This document shows positions 49,718 to 58,867 of a stretch of DNA of 64,000 nt, one piece after another (the stretch's first letter is position 1; the number at the start of each line of letters is the position of its first letter). The notes beneath the pieces are model-generated. The model was not told where the DNA came from. It saw nothing but the letters and a program-made list of their open reading frames with translations, and did not search any database. Position numbers and translations under genes: made by a program. Source of the stretch: an uncultured bacterium (GTDB lineage: Bacteria > Patescibacteriota > Doudnabacteria > UBA920); NCBI GenBank assembly GCA_963749445.1, contig CAVVMJ010000006.1, forward strand, positions 10,979 to 74,978, in the 5' to 3' direction.

Positions 49718-50765
49718 ATGCCAGGTATTAAAGAACTTAAAACCCGAATAAAGTCCATTAGCGGCACGCGCAAGGTGACGCGGGCTATGCAAATGGTGAG
49801 CGCGGCCAAGATGCGCAAGAGCCAGGACGCTACTTTACGCAGCCGATCGTACGCGAGTTTGGCGTGGGAGCTGATTGGGAATTTGTCATCATTTAGTGAA
49901 ATTGCGAGGAGTGCACCCGACGAAGCAATCCCATCAGATGACGAGACTGCTTCGGCTGCACTCGCAGTTTCCGACTTGCTTAAAATCCACCCCAAAGCCA
50001 CCAAAATCGCGGTTTTAATCCTCACAACCAACAGGGGAATGGTGGGAAGTTTGAATACGAATTTAATAAATTTAGTCCAAAAAACCATCAACGAATCAAC
50101 ACTTAGCCCTAACACCTTAGCCCTTAGCCCTGACTACATCACCTACGGCCGCAAAGGCCGCGACGTCATGGTTCGCAGCCACAAAGAAGTCCTGGCAGAC
50201 TTTGAAAAATTTGACCGCACAATTTCCACGGAAGATATTTTTCCAATTTCAAAACTTATTACCGAATTATATTCTTCGGACAAATACCAAAAAGTTTTGA
50301 TTTTTTATAACCATTTTGTGTCCACGTTAACGCAAAAACCGACGGTAAAGCAGTTGCTGCCATTTACTCCAACCACCCCGTCGGCTAACGCCGCCACCCC
50401 TCCTCTGCAAGGAGGGAAAGCTCCGCGGTTATCCCGCAATACCGCGGAGCCTCTCCCCCTGCCAAGGGGGAGTACCGCCGAAGCGCGGGGAGGGGGTTGG
50501 AGAAGCAACCGATTATCTTTTTGAACCAAATCCTAAAGAAGTTTTTGAGCACCTCTTGCCCCGCATCATCGAATCCCAAATTTACCAAACCATCCTGGAA
50601 TCCGAAGCCTCCGAGCAATCCGCCCGCATGGTCATGATGAAAAACGCCACCGAAGCCGCCGGAGATTTAATATCCGATCTGACTTTAACCTACAACAAAT
50701 TAAGGCAGAATAAAATAACCACCGAGCTTGCCGAGATAACAGCAGGTAAGATCGCTTTGGAATAA
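49718..50765 (+). CDS. atpG: F1 subunit gamma with three palindromic/repeat insertions; one frameshift between 50360 and 50510
   Basis: RIKSI..VTRAMQMVSAAK; DYLFEP..ASEQSARM..NATE..RQNKITTELAEI. Confidence 0.92.
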
Positions 50766-50768
50766 TTT

Positions 50769-51143
50769 ATGAAAAATAGATCTGATTACAGCGACCCCGA
50801 AAAAATCAAGGCAAGCACAACTTACAAAAATAGTTTACTAATGCGTCTTGCAGGGGGAATATGGAATAAACTTTACGGCTCAACGCCAGACGGGGCAAAA
50901 CAATTTTCTCAAGATCGGAGAAATCAATCGGGAAAATTTAAAGAAGCTTCAGGCCATCTACAGTCACCAGAAACAGCACTAGAGTATGCAAGACAACTTG
51001 GAATCGAAAATGAGGAATTAGCAAAGATACAATACGAGGCATTAAATGACGCATCACGGTTAGGGGATATTTACGTGGCAGGATCACCCGAAGAACTTGG
51101 TCAAATAGTCAAAGATTTATCCAAAAAGAAGCCAGTTAGTTAA
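50769..51143 (+). CDS. Orphan hypothetical protein between atpG and atpD
   Basis: 124-aa A-rich ORF starting 3 nt after the atpG stop. Confidence 0.65.
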   Translation: MKNRSDYSDPEKIKASTTYKNSLLMRLAGGIWNKLYGSTPDGAKQFSQDRRNQSGKFKEASGHLQSPETALEYARQLGIENEELAKIQYEALNDASRLGDIYVAGSPEELGQIVKDLSKKKPVS

Positions 51144-52712
<1,569 letters not shown>

Positions 52713-52724
52713 AATCTAAACCTT

Positions 52725-53024
52725 ATGGTAAGTAGACAAGAAATGATAAATTTTGGTCAAGACTCCATAGGGAGGGAAAACCCACCCTTGCCTTATGATA
52801 TGGAAAAATTAGAGACTAGATTTAATATGCTTAGCAAGTCACCCCGAAAATTAGAAATAGCCGGTTTATGGGCGCAAAATCTGACAGCGCCTAAAATTGC
52901 TCAGATCACCGGTTTAACTAAGCATATGGTCGAATCACACATACACGAGATTTACGCCCATTTTTTAATTCACTCAAAGCGAGAGTTACAGGATGTCTGG
53001 AAACTCCTGCACCAAAATTCTTAG
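52725..53024 (+). CDS. LuxR-type HTH protein between atpD and atpC
   Basis: SPRKLEIAGLWAQNLTAPKIAQITGLTKHMVESHIHEIYAHF..SKREL. Confidence 0.65.
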   Translation: MVSRQEMINFGQDSIGRENPPLPYDMEKLETRFNMLSKSPRKLEIAGLWAQNLTAPKIAQITGLTKHMVESHIHEIYAHFLIHSKRELQDVWKLLHQNS

Positions 53025-53034
53025 AATTTCGGTT

Positions 53035-53490
53035 ATGCCCAAACTCCATTTTCAACTCGTCACTCCGGAACGCACGGTTCTACACGAAGAACTGGATTCT
53101 TTGTCGTGCCCTACGACCTTGGGACAAATTACCATTTTGCCCGGACACATCCCTTTGGTAGCGACTTTAACGGCAGGGGAGTTGATTGCCAGAACGGGAG
53201 GGAAAGAGGAAAATATAGCGGTTACAGGCGGTTTTATTGAGGTTCGGGCCAATAATGAGGTAGTCGCGCTGGCTGACGCGGCCGAGCATTCTTACGAAAT
53301 TGACGTCCATAAAACCGAAGAGGCGGTCAAGCGCGCGCAAACCGCGATGAAAGAAACAAAAATGTCTTCCGAAGAATACGCCCGCGTCGCGGCCAGCCTA
53401 AACCAAAGCCTGACCAAACTGAATATCGCGCGCAAGCATTCCCACCGCCTTGGCGAGCCGATAACGGGCGAAGGAGTCTTCAAGGAATAA
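53035..53490 (+). CDS. atpC: F1 subunit epsilon
   Basis: LVTPER; GQITILPGHIP; GGFIEV. Confidence 0.95.
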   Translation: MPKLHFQLVTPERTVLHEELDSLSCPTTLGQITILPGHIPLVATLTAGELIARTGGKEENIAVTGGFIEVRANNEVVALADAAEHSYEIDVHKTEEAVKRAQTAMKETKMSSEEYARVAASLNQSLTKLNIARKHSHRLGEPITGEGVFKE

Positions 53491-53643
53491 ACAAAACGCG
53501 GAGCCTCTCCTCCTTCTCAAGGAGGAGTACCGCCCGCAGGGCGGGGAGGTGGTTGGAGTTGCTGACGGTAATACTCCAACCCTTCCGTCTCGCTGCGCGA
53601 TCCACCTTCCCTTTTTAAGGGAAGGAAGCTCCGCGGATGTGCT

Positions 53644-54339
53644 ATGATATACCATCCAAAAACCAATCTTGAAAAATTTGGATTTAAAATCTACAATTTG
53701 CTTGTGGAAAACTTTCCGCAAACTTTCTACGTCGGCGGCATGGTAAGAGATCTTCTGCTGCGCAAAACCGTAACCGATATTGACATCGCGACAGAGGCCG
53801 GGCCCGAACAGGTGGCCGGCCTTTTGTCGTCTGCCGGCGTTTCCGCTGACCGGGCGCACCAAAATTTTGGAATCATTATTGCGAAAAATTCCAAACACAA
53901 AATCGAAATCGCAACCTTTCGTCGCGACTCCTACGGCAAAACGCGCTATCCTAAAGTAACTTTTGTCAAAAATCCCAAAACCGACAGCATGCGGCGCGAC
54001 TTTACCGTAAATGCCTTATACTTTAGCCCAAAAAACGGCAAAATCCTTGATTTCCACGGGGGATTGAAAGATTTAAAATTGAAAAATTTAAAATTCATCG
54101 GCGATCCGGCTAAGCGAATCAAAGAAGACCCGCTAAGGATAATCAGGGCAATCCGCTTCGCCCTGCAATTAAATTTTAAATTTGAAAATAAAACCAAGCT
54201 TGGCCTGGAAAAAAACTTTGGGATGATAAACCAGTTGACTGCCGCGCGGGTCAAGTCGGAATTGGACAAAATTTTAGATACCCGGAAAAAACAAATCGCC
54301 CGCGCGGTCATCAATCATAAAAAATTTCTTGACAAATAA
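53644..54339 (+). CDS. Class II CCA-adding/poly(A) polymerase-family nucleotidyltransferase, short
   Basis: VGGMVRD; DIDIAT; RRDFTVNA; EDPLRIIRA. Confidence 0.88.
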   Translation: MIYHPKTNLEKFGFKIYNLLVENFPQTFYVGGMVRDLLLRKTVTDIDIATEAGPEQVAGLLSSAGVSADRAHQNFGIIIAKNSKHKIEIATFRRDSYGKTRYPKVTFVKNPKTDSMRRDFTVNALYFSPKNGKILDFHGGLKDLKLKNLKFIGDPAKRIKEDPLRIIRAIRFALQLNFKFENKTKLGLEKNFGMINQLTAARVKSELDKILDTRKKQIARAVINHKKFLDK

Positions 54340-54357
54340 AATTTTTCCGCGTAAAAT
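54329..54357 (+). promoter_or_regulatory. sigma-70 promoter
   Basis: TTGACA-17 nt-TAAAAT. Confidence 0.75.
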
Positions 54358-54363
54358 GATATT

Positions 54364-54556
54364 GACGGCTGACGGAGGCAGAAAGAAAATCCAGAGTGAC
54401 CAGCGTTTGGATCCGCGCCACGATTTGTTTTCCGGTTGGCGAACCGCGCGATCCGCGTTTTACTACTCAACCCGGGATCAAATTTAGTCCCGAGATACCG
54501 GAGTAGAAATTAATCAAGGGCGGCCAAAATCAGTCGCGCTTGAGGGAGACTAGCCC
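54364..54556 (+). ncRNA. Candidate structured RNA or 5' leader
   Basis: Successive helices between a strong promoter and a small ORF. Confidence 0.4.
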
Positions 54557-54558
54557 AC

Positions 54559-54606
54559 ATGGCTAAGAAAAAGAAGAAAGCGGCAAAAAGGAAGAAGCGC
54601 CGCTAG
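54559..54606 (+). CDS. 15-aa Lys/Arg-rich peptide MAKKKKKAAKRKKRR
   Basis: GAGGGAG RBS, own promoter, downstream terminator. Confidence 0.55.
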   Translation: MAKKKKKAAKRKKRR

Positions 54607-54631
54607 TCTTTGCTTCCCGATTGCATCGGGA

Positions 54632-54673
54632 TAAACAAGACCACCCCAAAATTTAGGGTGGTTTTGTTGTTTT
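54632..54673. terminator. Probable bidirectional terminator
   Basis: AACAAGACCACCC..GGGTGGTTTTGTT. Confidence 0.65.
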
Positions 54674-54681
54674 ATATAAAC

Positions 54682-54759
54682 TGGCGGACCGGACGGGATT
54701 CGAACCCGCGATCTCCTCCGTGACAGGGAGGCGTGTTAACCAGGCTACACTACCGATCC
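54682..54759 (-). tRNA. tRNA-Asp(GTC)
   Basis: Reverse complement GGATCGG..CCTCC-CTGTCAC-GGAGG..GGTTCGAATCC..CCA. Confidence 0.95.
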
Positions 54760-54768
54760 AGAAAAATT

Positions 54769-54845
54769 TGGTGCCGAGGAGAGGAATTGCACCTCTGACC
54801 TTGGGCTTATGAGTCCCACGCTCTAACTAACTGAGCTACCCCGGC
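54769..54845 (-). tRNA. tRNA with CAT anticodon (elongator Met or Ile2)
   Basis: Reverse complement GCCGGGG..CTCATAA..CCTCGGC-A-CCA; G1-C72 paired. Confidence 0.9.
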
Positions 54846-54991
54846 ATGAATGCAAACAATTAACAATTGACGATTAACTGTTGACTAACCAAAAAACCTC
54901 CGGACAGAAGGCTTTAAAATCTGTCACGATTTTTAGGTTATTCGATATTTAACCCGGTCAGTTTTCCATCAATAAAGATGAAAAACTAGCT

Positions 54992-55067
54992 TGGTTGCGG
55001 GACCCGGACTCGAACCGGGAACCTCAAGGTTATGAGCCTTGCGAGCTGCCAATTGCTCTATCCCGCG
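54992..55067 (-). tRNA. Initiator tRNA-fMet(CAT)
   Basis: C1-A72 mismatch, A11-U24, CTCATAA loop, CCA end. Confidence 0.92.
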
Positions 55068-55135
55068 ATAAGCAGACATTATTATACATTAAAACGTTAA
55101 TTGATGCAAATCAAATTTAATGCTAACATACACTC

Positions 55136-56149
55136 ATGCAAAACACTATTCTTCTTATTATAATTTTAGTACTGTTGGCTGGTTTTGGTGTGCTTTTGTA
55201 TTTTTTGATAGACCTCAAAAAACGCTCGGAAAAACCACAGGACGACCAAGGTATGAAGGTTATGATGGAGTGGATGAAGGAAATCAAGCAGGGGACGGAC
55301 CAAACCAGGGTGGGCATGCAAAAATCCATTGACGATACTAACAAGGCCATTAACGAGCGCCTCGATAATGCCGGGCGGGTAATAGCGGCTTTGACAAAAG
55401 AACTTGGCGGAATATCGCAAGTAGGACCGGATATTAGACGGTTGACAGAAACCCTAGCCAGCCCAAAACTCCGCGGCAACTTTGGTGAAGAGATGTTGGA
55501 AAATATGCTTAGCCAGGCGTTACCAAAAAGCGGGTATCAAATCCAGTATAAATTTAAGAACGGAGAAGTGGTAGATGCCATAATTTATGTGGGCGAAAAA
55601 ATTCTGCCGATTGACAGCAAGTTTAGTATGGAAAATTTCCGTCTCTATAAAGAAGCCACAACTGACGAAGCCAAAGAAGCGCTCAAAAAAACTTTTCTAA
55701 AAGACGTCAAAAAACGCGTGGACGAAATCCATAAAAAATACATTTTGCCGCAGGAAAATACTTTTGACTTCGCGCTGATGTATATCCCTTCCGAGGGCGT
55801 GTTTAGCGAAGTGCTGGATGACACGCCAACGTTGGGCTATGGCCGCGAAAAGAAAGTTTACTTTGTCAGCCCGAACACGCTTTATCATCACCTGCAAATA
55901 ATTCTCCTGTCGCTCCGCGGCCAAAAAGTCAACGAAGCCGCCCAGCAAATTTTAGCGATGATAGCCGGCATTAAACAGGAATCCGATAAATTCGGGCGCA
56001 ACCTTGACGTCTTAGGCAACCATATCAAGAATGCCGGAAATACGATGGGCACCGTCACCAACGACTTTGCCAAACTCAAAACCAGCATCACCAACGCCTC
56101 ATCGCTTAAATTGGACGAACAAAAGGAAGACCAAAAATTATTGGAATAA
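55136..56149 (+). CDS. rmuC: DNA recombination protein RmuC
   Basis: N-terminal TM, coiled coil, PKLRGNFGE, VDAII, PIDSKF, YIPSEG, SPNTL. Confidence 0.88.
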   Translation: MQNTILLIIILVLLAGFGVLLYFLIDLKKRSEKPQDDQGMKVMMEWMKEIKQGTDQTRVGMQKSIDDTNKAINERLDNAGRVIAALTKELGGISQVGPDIRRLTETLASPKLRGNFGEEMLENMLSQALPKSGYQIQYKFKNGEVVDAIIYVGEKILPIDSKFSMENFRLYKEATTDEAKEALKKTFLKDVKKRVDEIHKKYILPQENTFDFALMYIPSEGVFSEVLDDTPTLGYGREKKVYFVSPNTLYHHLQIILLSLRGQKVNEAAQQILAMIAGIKQESDKFGRNLDVLGNHIKNAGNTMGTVTNDFAKLKTSITNASSLKLDEQKEDQKLLE

Positions 56150-56151
56150 CT

Positions 56152-56839
56152 ATGAGAAGATATGCCAAAGGCGAACAAATCGGAACTGGGGCACACAAAG
56201 ACGTTTTTGACGCCGCCGAAAACCCAAAACGTGTTGTCGCAGAATACAAAAAAAATGAAACTTTATCGGATGACCAAATTAAAAACGCTTATTATTTACA
56301 AAAAATTGCGCACATTTTTTTCCCAAAAAATATTCCTGATATAGAAGCGGCTTTTAATTATCCCGCAAACCCCAATGACCTAAACCCTGATACTAACAAA
56401 AAAACAAAAACTGGCCCAAGTTCTTTATATATTGAAAAGGGTTTTAGGGATGAAGGGCATGATTTAATTAATAAACACTTCGTTAAGTTATTTAGAAACG
56501 GTTTTCGACAAGGTTTTCCTGCAACTTCAGAGCATCAATCAGCCAAGATGCTTATAAGACTAAACGAGGATGATCCTGATGTGATTGATCTAATAAAATT
56601 TGCTAAGGAACGTGGCATAATCCTAGACAGAGGGGGACAAAATTTTTCACGGGACCCCGAAGCGAAACATTGTGTACCTAGAAACGAACCCCGCATGGAC
56701 CATTAAGGATGACCGCAGTATATTTTATTATGCTGAACCAAATAAACTTAGGGACGCGATAATAAATTTAAAAAATCCCGACGAAAGAGACCAAGCCATT
56801 AAATACTATCAAAGATTAATAGAATTAATGCCAAAATAA
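56152..56839 (+). CDS. Hypothetical protein, possibly kinase-like fold; frameshift near 56665
   Basis: IGTGAHKDVF..VVAEYK; D....N..NIVYLE; second frame continues to 1 nt before the next start. Confidence 0.5.
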
Positions 56840-56840
56840 T

Positions 56841-57359
56841 ATGTCTATAAGAAACCCGGACCAGCGTGTCGGCGTGTTCGTGGATGTGCAAAATTTGTAC
56901 TATTCCGCGCGCAATATGTATAACGCCAGAGTCAAGTTTAACGAAGTGTTGGAAGCGGCCGTGGGCGGCAGAAGGCTAATCCGCGCCATTGCTTACTGCG
57001 TCAAAGCCGATATGCCCGAAGAGCATACTTTTTTTGAAGCTTTGGAAAAGGCCGGCTTTGAAGTTAAAATTAAAGAGCTGCAGACGTTTGCCGGCGGGCA
57101 CCAAAAAGGGGATTGGGATGTCGGGATCGCCATGGATATTATTAAGCTGATGAACAAGCTGGACGTAATTGTCCTGTGCAGCGGCGACGGCGACTATCTC
57201 CCGCTTTTGGAATACCTGCAAATGTCCGGTCAATTTACTGAAACCCTAGCCTTTGGCAAATCCTGCTCGGGCAAAGTCAAGGAAGTTACTGACTTTTTCA
57301 TTGACCTAGATGAAAATCCGCGCAAATTTTTAATGCCCATAAAAAATGCGCGAAAATAA
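56841..57359 (+). CDS. NYN-domain (LabA/DUF88) protein
   Basis: VFVDVQN; KGDWDVGIAMD; SGDGDY. Confidence 0.9.
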   Translation: MSIRNPDQRVGVFVDVQNLYYSARNMYNARVKFNEVLEAAVGGRRLIRAIAYCVKADMPEEHTFFEALEKAGFEVKIKELQTFAGGHQKGDWDVGIAMDIIKLMNKLDVIVLCSGDGDYLPLLEYLQMSGQFTETLAFGKSCSGKVKEVTDFFIDLDENPRKFLMPIKNARK

Positions 57360-57642
57360 CACTCCAAGCACTGAGTCAAAAAGAGGTGTTTTGCCCGAAA
57401 GATTAACTGTCGGGGATCATATTCTACGGGCGGGCTTGAGCCAAAATGAATCTGACTTACACACCGGTTTCCTTAAACAGGCAAGCGAGGTTGGCTCAAG
57501 AACAATTCTCGTCCAAGCTCCGCCCAAGACACCGCATAATGAGTTTGCGGTATCCTTAAATCGTTTGCAAAAATTGGGCTTTATTTCGTACGTTAGAGAT
57601 GAGTCTGGTAAAAATTTTAAGATTACCATTATTAAAGAATAA
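57346..57642 (+). CDS. Hypothetical protein
   Basis: 98-aa ORF overlapping the NYN stop. Confidence 0.55.
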   Translation: MRENNTPSTESKRGVLPERLTVGDHILRAGLSQNESDLHTGFLKQASEVGSRTILVQAPPKTPHNEFAVSLNRLQKLGFISYVRDESGKNFKITIIKE

Positions 57643-57680
57643 GAAATTTGATGCCAATTAAAGCCGGAAGGAAATAATTT

Positions 57681-57926
57681 ATGGGCGAAACAAAATTTAA
57701 AGGCGAAAGAGCCAGTTTGTCACCATCGGCCATCCGAATGTGCGAACAAATTTTAAAATTTTTTCCTGATCAAGAATTCTCAATGGCACAGCTAAAAAGC
57801 AAACTGGGCAATCCACCCGATTTTACAATGGTTTTTAATGAATTGATTGGAAATAAAGTTAGCATGTCGGGTACAAGAGATACTGGGCCGCAAAAATCTG
57901 TTGTGGTTTTTAAGCTGAATAAATAA
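57681..57926 (+). CDS. Hypothetical protein, winged-helix-like (possible PIN partner)
   Basis: RBS GAAGGA; abuts the PIN gene start. Confidence 0.55.
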   Translation: MGETKFKGERASLSPSAIRMCEQILKFFPDQEFSMAQLKSKLGNPPDFTMVFNELIGNKVSMSGTRDTGPQKSVVVFKLNK

Positions 57927-58373
57927 ATGAAAATCGTACTTGATACCAACGTTTTAATCAACGGCTTTAAGGACGAATATTTCTACGAAAAAAAGATTAT
58001 TGACGCCGTGATTGCCGGGGAAATAGAGGCTTTTGCCAATAAACAGACCTTGCGGGAGAATAAGCTAATTAGCTCGCAACTGATTGACAACGACGAGTAC
58101 AAAAACCAACTCAACGATTTATTTGCGCAAATTAATTGGGTCGAAAATCATCGGAACATCCGCATAGTCTCCGACCCCGAAGACAATAAAATTCTGGAAA
58201 GCGCGGTAGAGGCGGAAGCGGATTTTTTGATAACATCCGATAACGCGCTTTTGGGCATCGGCAAATATCAAAGCGTAAAAATCACCACCCCGGCGCAGTT
58301 TTGGGCAAACTACAAGGATGAGGGGATGGACTTGTGGAAGCAATGGACAAATTTTATTTCCAAAGACAAATAA
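57927..58373 (+). CDS. PIN-domain (VapC-like) protein
   Basis: IVLDTNVLI; DPEDNKILESA; ITSD. Confidence 0.88.
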   Translation: MKIVLDTNVLINGFKDEYFYEKKIIDAVIAGEIEAFANKQTLRENKLISSQLIDNDEYKNQLNDLFAQINWVENHRNIRIVSDPEDNKILESAVEAEADFLITSDNALLGIGKYQSVKITTPAQFWANYKDEGMDLWKQWTNFISKDK

Positions 58374-58432
58374 TCCGAAACTTCGAAAGGCAATGCGAAA
58401 CTGCGAAAATAAATACGAAACTTCAAACCGGT

Positions 58433-58813
58433 ATGGCAAATCCAAAATTAATAAGAAACGACATTCTTTACCCTGACTTATCTTACAAAATTACTGGGCT
58501 TTGTTTGGAGGTTAAAAAAGAATTGGGACGTTTTGCCAGAGAAAAACAGTTTTGTGACAGGTTGGAACAAAAATTTAAAGAAAACGACATGAACTACGTC
58601 AGGGAGTTTATTATAAAGGGAACCGGCAATCGGGTTGACTTTATCGTTGAAGACTCAATCTTGCTTGAGATAAAGACAAAACCCTTTATCGAAAAAGCCG
58701 ATTACTTCCAGACCCAAAGATACTTAAAAGTACTGAATTTAAAACTTGGCCTAATTGTGAATTTTCAAAGTATTTACCTAAAACCCCAGAGAGTGATTAA
58801 TTTCCAAAGTTAA
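58433..58813 (+). CDS. GxxExxY-family PD-(D/E)xK-like protein
   Basis: LSYKITG..ELGRFAREKQF; RVDFIVE..LEIK; QTQRYL..LGLIVNF. Confidence 0.85.
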   Translation: MANPKLIRNDILYPDLSYKITGLCLEVKKELGRFAREKQFCDRLEQKFKENDMNYVREFIIKGTGNRVDFIVEDSILLEIKTKPFIEKADYFQTQRYLKVLNLKLGLIVNFQSIYLKPQRVINFQS

Positions 58814-58867
58814 CTTTCGTAGATTTTTTCGTAGTTTCAGTTTTATTTCGAAGTTTCGCATTTATAA

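Noticed and set aside
54364-54556. RNase P RNA, tmRNA or SRP RNA
   Set aside because: No GAGGAAAGTCC or ACAGAA..CGGC, no tRNA-like ends, no SRP GGAA-loop helix.
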